The notes under the pieces were generated by a model. It saw only the letters and a list, made by a program, of their open reading frames with translations, was not told where the DNA came from and did no database searches. From NCBI RefSeq assembly GCF_009914755.1, contig NC_060939.1: a DNA stretch of 64,000 nucleotides; one strand, given 5' to 3'. This DNA is from the human T2T-CHM13v2.0 reference genome, Homo sapiens. The translations under genes and the position numbers were made by a program. Within the stretch, counting starts at the first letter, position 1; each line of letters begins with the position of its first letter. This document shows positions 1 through 15,082 of this stretch, piece by piece.

Positions 1-3000
1 ACTGTACATAAAATACCAACATACCCCAAATATATATTTTATACTGTACATGAAATATCAAAGTTCACAAACCATATATTATATTCTGTACATAAAATAT
101 CAAAGAACTCAAGGTATATAGTCTATACTGTACAAAAAATATATAAGAACCCAAAGCATGTATTATATACTGTACATAAAATATGAAAGTACATCAAATA
201 TATATTTTATTCTGTACGTAAGATATCAAAGTAAACCAAATATATATTTTATACTGTATATAAAATATCAAAGTACCCAAACTATACGTTATGTACTGTA
301 CATAAAATATGAAATTACATAAATATATATTATACTAGGTACATAAAATATGAAAGTACATCAAATATAGATTATATACTGTACAGAAAATATCAAAGTA
401 CCCCAAATATATATTATATACAGTACATGAAATATCAAAGTTCACAAACTATATATTATATACTGTACATAAAATATGAATATACCCAAGGTATATATTC
501 TATACTGTACAAAAAATATCAAAGTACCCAAAGCATGTATTATATACTGTACATAAAATATGAAAGTACATCAAATATATATTTTATTCTGTACATACAA
601 TATCAAAGTACACCAAATATATATTCTACAGTGTACATAAAATATCAAAGTACCGAAACTATACATTATATACTGTACATAAAATATGAAATTCCATCAA
701 ATATATATTATATTAGGTACATAAAATATGAAAGTACATCAAATATAGATTATATGCTGTCCAAAAAATATCAAAGTACCCCAAATATATATTATATACT
801 ATACATGAAATATCAAAGTTCACACACTATATATTATATACTGTACATAAAATATCAAAGTACCCAAGGTATATATTCTATACTGTACAAAAAATATCAA
901 AGTACCCAAAGCATGTATTATATACTGTACATAAAATATGAAAGTACATCAAATATATATTTTATTCTGTACATAAAATATCAAAGTACACCACATATAT
1001 ATATTATAGTGTACATAAAATATCAAATTACCCAAAGTATACATTATATACTGTACAAAAAATATGAAATTATATCATATATATATTATATTAGGTACAT
1101 AAAATATGAAAGTACATCAAATATAGATTATATACTGTACATAAAATATCAAAGAACCCCAAATATATATTATATACTGTACATGAAATATCAAAGTTCA
1201 CAAACTATATATTATATACTGTAGATAAAATATCAAAGTACCCAACGTAAATATTCTATACTGTACAAAAAATATCAAAGTACCCAAAGCATGTATTTTA
1301 TACTGTACATAAAATATGAAAGTACATCAAAAATATATTTTATTCTGTACATAAAATATCAAAGTACACCAGATATATATTTTATAGTGTACATAAAATA
1401 TCAAAGTACCCAAACTATACATTATATACTGTACATAAAATATGAAATTACATAATATATATATTATATTAGGTACATAAAATATGAAAGTACGTCAAAT
1501 ATAGATTATATACTGTACATAAAATATAAAAGAACCCCAAATATATATTGTATACTGTACATGAAATATCAAACTTCACAAACTATATATCATATACTGT
1601 ACATAAAATATCAAAGTACCCAAGGTATATATTCTATACTGTACAAAAAATATCAAAGTACCCAAAGCATGTATTATATACTGTACATAAAAGATGAAAG
1701 TACATCAAATATATATTGTATTCTGTACATAAAATATGGAAGTACACCAGATATATATTTTATAGTGTACATAAAATATCAAAGTACCCAAACTATACAT
1801 TATGTACTGTATATAAAATATGAAATTACATCAAATATATATTATATTAGTTACCTAAAATATGAAATTACATCAAATATAGATTATATACTGTACAGAA
1901 AATATCAAAGTACCCCAAATATATATTATATACAGTACATGAAATATCAAAGTTCACAAACTATATATTATATACTGTATATAAAATATCAAAGTACCCA
2001 AGGTATATATTCTATACTGTACAAAAAATATCAAAGTACCCAAAGCATGTATCATATACTGTACATAAAATATGAAAGTACATCAAATATATATATTATT
2101 CTGTACATAAAATATCAAAGTACACCAGATATATATTTTATAGTGAACATAAAATATCAAAGTACCCAAACTATACATTATATACTGTACATAAAATATG
2201 AAAGTACATCAAATATATATTGTATTAGTTACCTAAAATATGAAAGTACATCAAATATAGATTATTAACTGTACATAAAATATCAAAGTACCACAAATAT
2301 ATATTATATACTGTACATGAAATATCAAAGTTCACAAACTATATATTATATACCGTACATAAAATATCAAGGTACCCAAGGTATATATTCTATACTGTAC
2401 AAAAAATATCAAAGTACCCAAAGCATGTATTATATACTGTACATAAAATATGAGAATACATCAAATATATATTTTATTCTGTACATAAAATAACAAAGTA
2501 CACAAGATATATATTTTATAGTGTACATAAAATATGAAAGTATCCAAACTATACATTACATACTGTACATAAAATATGAAATTACATCAAATATATATTA
2601 TATTAGGAACATAAAATATGAAAGTACATCAAATAAAGATTATTAACTGTACATAAAATATCAAAGAACCCCAAATATATATTATATTCTGTACAGGAAA
2701 TATCAAACTTCACAAACTATATATTATATAATGTACATAAAATATCAAAGTACCCAAGGTACATATTCTATACTGTACAAAAAATATCAAAGTACCCAAA
2801 GCATGTATTATATACTGTACATAAAATATGAAAGCACATCAAATATATATTTTATTCTGTACATAAAATAACAAAGTACACCAGATATATATTTTATAGT
2901 GTACATAAAATATGAAAGTACCCAAACTATACATTACATACTGTACATAAAATATGGAATTACATCAAATATATATTATATTAGGTACATAAAATATGAA

Positions 3001-6000
3001 AGTACATCTAGTATAGATTATATACTGTATATAAAATATCAAAGTACCCCAAATATGTATGATATACTGTACATGAAATATCAAAGTTCGCAAACTATAT
3101 ATTATATACTGTAGATAAAATATCAAAGTACACAAGGTATATATTCTATACTGTACAAAAAATATCAAAGTACGCAAAGCATGTATTATATACTGTACAT
3201 AAAATATGAAAGCACATCAAATATATATTTTATTCTGTACATAAAATAACAAAGTACACCAGATATATATTTTATAGTGTACATAAAATATCAAAGTACC
3301 CAAACTATACATTACATACTGTACATAAAATATGAAATTACATCAGATATATATTATATTAGGAACATGAAACATGAAAGTACATCAAATATAGATTATT
3401 AACTGTACATAAAATATCAAAGAACCCCAAATATATATTATATACTGTACATGAGATATCAAACTTCACAAACTATATATTATATACTGTAGATAAAATA
3501 TCAAAGTACCCAAGGTATATATTCTATACTGTACAAAAAATATCAAAGTACCCAAAGCATGTATTATATACTGTATATAAAATATGAAAGTACATCAAAT
3601 ATATATTTTATTCTGTAGATAAAATATCAAAGTACACCAGATATATATTTGATAGTGTACATAAAATATCAAAGTACCCAAACTATACATTATATACTGT
3701 ACATAAAATAGGAAATTACATCAATTATATATTATATTAGGTACATAAAATATGAAAGTACATCAAATATAGATTATATACTGTACATAAAATATAAAAG
3801 TACCCCAAATATATATTATATACTGTGCATGAACTATCAAAATACACAAACTATATATTATATACTGTACAAAAACTATCAAAGTACCCAAAGCAAGTAT
3901 TATATACTGTACATAAAAGATGAAAGTACATCAAATATATATTTTATTCTGTACATAAAATATCAAAGTACACCAGATATATATTTTATACTGTACATAA
4001 AACATCAAGGTACACAAACTATACATTATATACTGTACATAAAATACGAAATTACATCAAATATATATTATATTAGGTACATAAAATATGAAAGTACATC
4101 AAATATAGATTATATACTGTATATAGAATATAAAAGTACCCAAAATATACATTATATACTGTACATAAAATATCAAAGTAGCCCAAATATATATTATACA
4201 CTGTAGTTGAAATATCAAAATTTACAAAATATATATTATATAATGTACATAAAATATCAAAGTACCCAAGGTATATATTCTATACTGTACAAAAAATATC
4301 AAAGTACCCAAAGCACGTATTATATACTGTACATAAAATGTGAAAGTACATCAAATATATATTTTATTTTGTACATAAAATATCAAAGTACACCAAATAT
4401 ATATTCTATAGTGTACATAAAATATCAAAATACCCAAACTATACATTATATACTGTACATAAAATATGAAATTACATCAAATATATATTATATTAGGTAC
4501 GTAAAATATGAAAGTACATATAATATAGATTGTATACTGTACATAAAATATAAAAGTACCCCAAATATATATTATATACTGTACATGAAATATCAAAATA
4601 CACAAAGTATATATTATATACTGTACATAAAATATCAAAGTACCCAAGGTATATGTTCTATGCTGTACAAAAAATATCAAAGTACCCAAACCATGTATTA
4701 TATACTGTACATAAACTATGAGAGTACATCAAATATATATTTTATTCTGTACATAAAATATCAAAGTACACCAGATATATATTTTATAGTGTACATAAAA
4801 TATCAAAGTACCCAAACTATACATTACATACTGTACATAAAATATGAAATTACATCAAATATATATTATATTAGGAACATAAAATATGAAAGTACATCAA
4901 ATATAGATTATTAACTGTACATAAAATATCAAAGAACCCCAAATATATATTATATACTGTACATGAAATATCAAACTTCACAAACTATATATTATATAAT
5001 GTACATAAAATATCAAAGTACCCAAGGTATATATTCTATACTGTACAAAAAATATCAAAGTACCCAAAGCATGTATTATATACTGTACATAAAATATGAA
5101 AGTACATCAAATATATATTTTATTCTGTACATAAAATATCAAAGTACAACAGATATATATTCTATAGTGTACAAAAAATATCAAAATACCCAAACTATAC
5201 ATTATATACTGTACATAAAATATGAAATTACATCAAATATATATTAGGTACATAAAATATGAAAGTACATCAAATATAGATTATATACTGTACATAAAAT
5301 ATCAAAGTAGCCCAAATATATATTATATACTGTACATGAAATATCAAAGTTCGCAAACTATATATTATATACTGTAGATAAAATATCAAAGTACCGAAGG
5401 TATATATTCTATACTGTACAAAAAATATCAAAGCATCCAAAGCATGTATTATACACTGTACATAAAATATGAAAGTACATCAAGTATATATATTATTCTG
5501 TACATAACATATCAAAGTACACCAGATATATATTTTATAGTGTACATAAAATATCACAGTACGCAAACTATACATTATATACTGTACAAAAAATATCAAA
5601 GTACCCAAAGCATGTATTATATACTGTACATAAAAGATGAAAATACATCAAATATATATTTTATTCTGTACATAAAATATCAAAGTACCCCAAATATATA
5701 TGATATACTGTACATGAAATATCAAAGTTCACAAACTATATATTATATACTGCACATAAAATATCAAAGTACCCAAGGTATATATTCTATACTGTACAAA
5801 AAATATCAAAGTGCCCAAAGCATGTATTATATACTGTGCATAAAATATGAAAGTACATCAAATATATATTTTATTCTGTACATAAAATATCAAAGTACAC
5901 CAGATATATATTTTATAGTGTACATAAAATATCAAAGTACCCAAACTATACATTATATACTGTACAGAAAATATGAAATTACATCAAATATATATTATAT

Positions 6001-9000
6001 AAGGTACATAAAATATGAAAGTACATCAAATATAGATTATATACTGTACATAAAATATCAAAGAACCCCTAATATATATTATATACTGTACATGAAATAT
6101 CAAACTTCACAAACTATATATTATATACTGTACATAAAATATCAAAGTACCCAAGGTATATATTCTATACTGTACAAAAAATATCAAAGTACCCAAAGCA
6201 TGTATTATATACTGTACATAAAATATGAAAGTACATCAAATATATATTTTATTCTGTACATAAAATATCAAAGTACACCAGATGTATATTTTATAGTGTA
6301 CATAAAATATCAAACTACCCAAACTATACATTATATACTGTACATAAAATATGAAATTACATCAAATATATATGATATTAGATACATAAAATATGAAAGT
6401 ACATCAAATATATATTTTATTCTGTACATAAAATATCAAAGTACACCAGATATATATTTTATAGTGTACATAAAATATCAAAGTACCCAAACTATAGATT
6501 ATATACTGTACATAAAATATGAAATTACATCAAATATATATTATATTAGGTACCTAAAATATGAAAGTACATCAAATATAGATTATTAAGTGTACATAAA
6601 ATATCAAAGAACCCCAAATATATATTATATACTGTACATGAAATATCAAATTTCACAATCTATATACTATATACTGTACATAAAATATCAAATTACCCAA
6701 CGTATATATTCTATACTGTACAAAAAATATCAAAGTACCCAAAGCATGTATTATATACTGTACATAAAATATGAAAGTTCATCAAATATGTATTTTATTC
6801 TGTACATAAATTATCAAAGTACACCAGATATATATTTTATAGTGTACATAAAATATCAAAGTACCCAAACTATACATTATATACTGTACATAAAATATGA
6901 AATTACATCAAATATATATGATATTAGATACATAAAATATGAAAGTACATCAAATATATATTTTATTCTGTACATAAAATATCAAAGTACACCAAATATA
7001 TATTCAATACTGTACATAAAATATCAAAGTACCCAAGCTATACATTATATACTGTACAAAAAATATGAAATTACATCAAATATATATTATATTAGGTACA
7101 TAAAATATGAAAGTACATCAAATATAGATTATATACCGTACATAAAATATCAAAGTGCCTCAAATATATATTTTATACTGTACATGAAATATCAAAGTTC
7201 ACAAACTATATATTATATACTGTACATAAAATATCAAAGTACCCAAGGTATATATTCTATACTGTACAAAAAATATCAAAGTACCCAAAGCATGTATTAT
7301 ATACTGTACATAAAATATGAAAGTACATCAAATATATATTTTATTCTGTACATAAGATATCAAAGTAAACCAAATATATATTCTATACTGTACATAAAAT
7401 ATCAAAGTACCCAAACTATACATTATATACTGTACATAAAATATGAAATTACATAAAAATATATTATATTAGGTACATAAAATATGAAAATACCTCAAAT
7501 ATAGATTATATACTGTACATAAAATATCAAAGTACCCCAAATATATATTATATACTGTACATGAAATATCAAAGTTCAAAAACTATATTTTATATACTGT
7601 ACATAAAATATGAATATACCCAAGGTATATATTCTATACTGTACAAAAAATATCAAAGTACCCAAAGCATGTATTATATACTGTACATAAAATATGAAAG
7701 TACATCAAATATATATTTTATTCTGTACATAAATTATCAAAGTACACCAAATATATATTCTATAGTGTATATAAAATATCAAACTACCCAAACTATACAT
7801 TATATACTGTACATAAAATATGAAATTACATCAAATATATATTATATTAGGTACATAAATTATGAAAGTACATCAAATATAGATTATATACTGTACATAA
7901 AATACCAACATACCCCAAATATATTTTATACTGTACATGAAATATCAAAGTTCACAAACTATATATTATATACTGTACATAAAATATCAAAGAACTCAAG
8001 GTATATATTCTATACTGTACAAAAAATATATAAGTACCCAAAGCATGTATTATATACTGTACATAAAATATGAAAGTACATCAAATATATATTTTATTCT
8101 GTACATAAGATATCAAAGTACACCAAATTTATATTCTATACTGTACATAAAATATCAAAGTACCCAAACTATACATTATATACTCTACATAAATTATGAA
8201 ATTACATCAAATATATATTATATTAGGTAAATAAAATATGAAAGTACATCAAAGATAGATTATATACTGTACATAAAATACCAACATACCCCAAATATAT
8301 ATTTTATACTGTACATGAAATATCAAAGTTCACAAACCATATATTATATTCTGTACATAAAATATCAAAGAACTCAAGGTATATAGTCTATACTGTACAA
8401 AAAATATATAAGAACCCAAAGCATGTATTATATACTGTACATAAAATATGAAAGTACATCAAATATATATTTTATTCTGTACGTAAGATATCAAAGTAAA
8501 CCAAATATATATTTTATACTGTATATAAAATATCAAAGTACCCAAACTATACGTTATGTACTGTACATAAAATATGAAATTACATAAATATATATTATAC
8601 TAGGTACATAAAATATGAAAGTACATCAAATATAGATTATATACTGTACAGAAAATATCAAAGTACCCCAAATATATATTATATACAGTACATGAAATAT
8701 CAAAGTTCACAAACTATATATTATATACTGTACATAAAATATGAATATACCCAAGGTATATATTCTATACTGTACAAAAAATATCAAAGTACCCAAAGCA
8801 TGTATTATATACTGTACATAAAATATGAAAGTACATCAAATATATATTTTATTCTGTACATACAATATCAAAGTACACCAAATATATATTCTACAGTGTA
8901 CATAAAATATCAAAGTACCGAAACTATACATTATATACTGTACATAAAATATGAAATTCCATCAAATATATATTATATTAGGTACATAAAATATGAAAGT

Positions 9001-12000
9001 ACATCAAATATAGATTATATGCTGTCCAAAAAATATCAAAGTACCCCAAATATATATTATATACTATACATGAAATATCAAAGTTCACACACTATATATT
9101 ATATACTGTACATAAAATATCAAAGTACCCAAGGTATATATTCTATACTGTACAAAAAATATCAAAGTACCCAAAGCATGTATTATATACTGTACATAAA
9201 ATATGAAAGTACATCAAATATATATTTTATTCTGTACATAAAATATCAAAGTACACCACATATATATATTATAGTGTACATAAAATATCAAATTACCCAA
9301 AGTATACATTATATACTGTACAAAAAATATGAAATTATATCATATATATATTATATTAGGTACATAAAATATGAAAGTACATCAAATATAGATTATATAC
9401 TGTACATAAAATATCAAAGAACCCCAAATATATATTATATACTGTACATGAAATATCAAAGTTCACAAACTATATATTATATACTGTAGATAAAATATCA
9501 AAGTACCCAACGTAAATATTCTATACTGTACAAAAAATATCAAAGTACCCAAAGCATGTATTTTATACTGTACATAAAATATGAAAGTACATCAAAAATA
9601 TATTTTATTCTGTACATAAAATATCAAAGTACACCAGATATATATTTTATAGTGTACATAAAATATCAAAGTACCCAAACTATACATTATATACTGTACA
9701 TAAAATATGAAATTACATAATATATATATTATATTAGGTACATAAAATATGAAAGTACGTCAAATATAGATTATATACTGTACATAAAATATAAAAGAAC
9801 CCCAAATATATATTGTATACTGTACATGAAATATCAAACTTCACAAACTATATATCATATACTGTACATAAAATATCAAAGTACCCAAGGTATATATTCT
9901 ATACTGTACAAAAAATATCAAAGTACCCAAAGCATGTATTATATACTGTACATAAAAGATGAAAGTACATCAAATATATATTGTATTCTGTACATAAAAT
10001 ATGGAAGTACACCAGATATATATTTTATAGTGTACATAAAATATCAAAGTACCCAAACTATACATTATGTACTGTATATAAAATATGAAATTACATCAAA
10101 TATATATTATATTAGTTACCTAAAATATGAAATTACATCAAATATAGATTATATACTGTACAGAAAATATCAAAGTACCCCAAATATATATTATATACAG
10201 TACATGAAATATCAAAGTTCACAAACTATATATTATATACTGTATATAAAATATCAAAGTACCCAAGGTATATATTCTATACTGTACAAAAAATATCAAA
10301 GTACCCAAAGCATGTATCATATACTGTACATAAAATATGAAAGTACATCAAATATATATATTATTCTGTACATAAAATATCAAAGTACACCAGATATATA
10401 TTTTATAGTGAACATAAAATATCAAAGTACCCAAACTATACATTATATACTGTACATAAAATATGAAAGTACATCAAATATATATTGTATTAGTTACCTA
10501 AAATATGAAAGTACATCAAATATAGATTATTAACTGTACATAAAATATCAAAGTACCACAAATATATATTATATACTGTACATGAAATATCAAAGTTCAC
10601 AAACTATATATTATATACCGTACATAAAATATCAAGGTACCCAAGGTATATATTCTATACTGTACAAAAAATATCAAAGTACCCAAAGCATGTATTATAT
10701 ACTGTACATAAAATATGAGAATACATCAAATATATATTTTATTCTGTACATAAAATAACAAAGTACACAAGATATATATTTTATAGTGTACATAAAATAT
10801 GAAAGTATCCAAACTATACATTACATACTGTACATAAAATATGAAATTACATCAAATATATATTATATTAGGAACATAAAATATGAAAGTACATCAAATA
10901 AAGATTATTAACTGTACATAAAATATCAAAGAACCCCAAATATATATTATATTCTGTACATGAAATATCAAACTTCACAAACTATATATTATATAATGTA
11001 CATAAAATATCAAAGTACCCAAGGTACATATTCTATACTGTACAAAAAATATCAAAGTACCCAAAGCATGTATTATATACTGTACATAAAATATGAAAGC
11101 ACATCAAATATATATTTTATTCTGTACATAAAATAACAAAGTACACCAGATATATATTTTATAGTGTACATAAAATATGAAAGTACCCAAACTATACATT
11201 ACATACTGTACATAAAATATGGAATTACATCAAATATATATTATATTAGGTACATAAAATATGAAAGTACATCTAGTATAGATTATATACTGTATATAAA
11301 ATATCAAAGTACCCCAAATATGTATGATATACTGTACATGAAATATCAAAGTTCGCAAACTATATATTATATACTGTAGATAAAATATCAAAGTACACAA
11401 GGTATATATTCTATACTGTACAAAAAATATCAAAGTACGCAAAGCATGTATTATATACTGTACATAAAATATGAAAGCACATCAAATATATATTTTATTC
11501 TGTACATAAAATAACAAAGTACACCAGATATATATTTTATAGTGTACATAAAATATCAAAGTACCCAAACTATACATTACATACTGTACATAAAATATGA
11601 AATTACATCAGATATATATTATATTAGGAACATGAAACATGAAAGTACATCAAATATAGATTATTAACTGTACATAAAATATCAAAGAACCCCAAATATA
11701 TATTATATACTGTACATGAGATATCAAACTTCACAAACTATATATTATATACTGTAGATAAAATATCAAAGTACCCAAGGTATATATTCTATACTGTACA
11801 AAAAATATCAAAGTACCCAAAGCATGTATTATATACTGTATATAAAATATGAAAGTACATCAAATATATATTTTATTCTGTAGATAAAATATCAAAGTAC
11901 ACCAGATATATATTTGATAGTGTACATAAAATATCAAAGTACCCAAACTATACATTATATACTGTACATAAAATAGGAAATTACATCAATTATATATTAT

Positions 12001-13395
12001 ATTAGGTACATAAAATATGAAAGTACATCAAATATAGATTATATACTGTACATAAAATATAAAAGTACCCCAAATATATATTATATACTGTGCATGAACT
12101 ATCAAAATACACAAACTATATATTATATACTGTACAAAAACTATCAAAGTACCCAAAGCAAGTATTATATACTGTACATAAAAGATGAAAGTACATCAAA
12201 TATATATTTTATTCTGTACATAAAATATCAAAGTACACCAGATATATATTTTATACTGTACATAAAACATCAAGGTACACAAACTATACATTATATACTG
12301 TACATAAAATACGAAATTACATCAAATATATATTATATTAGGTACATAAAATATGAAAGTACATCAAATATAGATTATATACTGTATATAGAATATAAAA
12401 GTACCCAAAATATACATTATATACTGTACATAAAATATCAAAGTAGCCCAAATATATATTATACACTGTAGTTGAAATATCAAAATTTACAAAATATATA
12501 TTATATAATGTACATAAAATATCAAAGTACCCAAGGTATATATTCTATACTGTACAAAAAATATCAAAGTACCCAAAGCACGTATTATATACTGTACATA
12601 AAATGTGAAAGTACATCAAATATATATTTTATTTTGTACATAAAATATCAAAGTACACCAAATATATATTCTATAGTGTACATAAAATATCAAAATACCC
12701 AAACTATACATTATATACTGTACATAAAATATGAAATTACATCAAATATATATTATATTAGGTACGTAAAATATGAAAGTACATATAATATAGATTGTAT
12801 ACTGTACATAAAATATAAAAGTACCCCAAATATATATTATATACTGTACATGAAATATCAAAATACACAAAGTATATATTATATACTGTACATAAAATAT
12901 CAAAGTACCCAAGGTATATGTTCTATGCTGTACAAAAAATATCAAAGTACCCAAACCATGTATTATATACTGTACATAAAGTATGAGAGTACATCAAATA
13001 TATATTTTATTCTGTACATAAAATATCAAAGTACACCAGATATATATTTTATAGTGTACATAAAATATCAAAGTACCCAAACTATACATTACATACTGTA
13101 CATAAAATATGAAATTACATCAAATATATATTATATTAGGAACATAAAATATGAAAGTACATCAAATATAGATTATTAACTGTACATAAAATATCAAAGA
13201 ACCCCAAATATATATTATATACTGTACATGAAATATCAAACTTCACAAACTATATATTATATAATGTACATAAAATATCAAAGTACCCAAGGTATATATT
13301 CTATACTGTACAAAAAATATCAAAGTACCCAAAGCATGTATTATATACTGTACATAAAATATGAAAGTACATCAAATATATATTTTATTCTGTAC
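1..13395 (+). repeat. HSat1A domain with 8265-bp super-repeat (~1.6 copies visible)
   Basis: 1-5130 recurs at 8266-13395. ORF pairs 427/8692, 1561/9826, 2899/11164, 3829/12094, 4207/12472 and 4963/13228 are all offset by 8265. Confidence 0.95.
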
Positions 13396-15080
13396 TTAAA
13401 ATATCAAAGTACACCAGATATATATTTTATAGTGTACACAAAATATCAAAGTACCCAAACTATACATTATATAGTGTACATAAAATATGAAAGTACATCA
13501 AATATATATTATATTAGTTACCTAAAATATGAAAGTACATCAAATATAGATTATTAACTGTACATAAAATATCAAACTACCCCAAATATATATTATATAC
13601 TGTACATGAAATATCAAAGTTCACAAACTATATATTATATACTGTACATAAAATATCAAAGTACCCAAGGTATATATTCTATACTGTACAAAAAATATCA
13701 AAGTACCCAAAGCATGTATTATATACTGTACATAAAATATGAAAGTACATCAAATATATATTTTGTTTTGTACATAAAATAACAAAGTACACCAGATATA
13801 TATTTTATAGTGTACATAAAATATCAAAGTACCCAAACTATACATTACATACTATACATAAAATATGAAATTACATCAAATATATATTATATTAGGAACA
13901 TAAAATATGAAAGTACATCAAATATAGATTATTAACTGTACATAAAATATCAAAGAACTCCAAATATATATTATATACTGTACATGAAATATCAAACTTC
14001 CCAAACTATATATTATATAATGTACATAAAATATCAAAGTACCCAAGGTACATATTCTATACTGTACAAAAAATATCAAAGTACCCAAAGCATGTATTAT
14101 ATACTGTACATAAAATATGAAAGCACATCAAATATATATTTTATTCTGTACATAAAATAACAAAGTACACCAGATATATATTTTATAGTGTACATAAAAT
14201 ATGAAAGTACCCAAACTATACATTACATACTGTACATAAAATATGGAATTACATCAAATATATATTATATTAGGTACATAAAATATGAAAGTACATCTAG
14301 TATAGATTATATACTGTACATAAAATATCAAAGTACCCCAAATATGTATGATATACTGTACATGAAATATCAAAGTTCGCAAACTATATATTATATACTG
14401 TACATATAATATCAAAGTACCCAAGGTATATATTCTATACTGTACAAAAAATATCAAAGTACGCAAAGCATGTATTATATACTGTACATAAAATATGAAA
14501 GCACATCAAATATATATTTTATTCTGTACATAAAATAACAAAGTACACCAGATATATATTTTATAGTGTACATAAAATATCAAAGTACCCAAACTATACA
14601 TTACATACTGTACATAAAATATGAAATTACATCAGATATATATTATATTAGGAACATAAAACATGAAAGCACATCAAATATAGATTATTAACTGTACATA
14701 AAATATCAAAGAACCCCAAATATATATTATATACTGTACATGAGATATCAAACTTCACAAACTATATATTATATACTGTAGATAAAATATCAAAGTACCC
14801 AAGGTATATATTCTATACTGTACAAAAAATATCAAAGTACCCAAAGCATGTATTATATACTGTATATAAAATATGAAAGTACATCAAATATATATTTTAT
14901 TCTGTACATAAAATATCAAAGTACACCAGATATATATTTGATAGTGTACATAAAATATCAAAGTACCCAAACTATACATTATATACTGTACATAAAATAA
15001 GAAATTACATCAATTATATATTATATTAGGTACATAAAATATGAAAGTACATCAAATATAGATTATATACTGTACATAAA
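13396..15080 (+). repeat. Diverged copy of ~10370-12056 at 3024-bp (8 x 378) offset
   Basis: TAGTTACCTA at 10491 and 13515; ORFs 11164/14188 and 11230/14254 offset by 3024; shared rare variants (tatggaatt, acatctagt, gttcgcaa, acgcaaagc). Confidence 0.85.
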
Positions 15081-15082
15081 AT

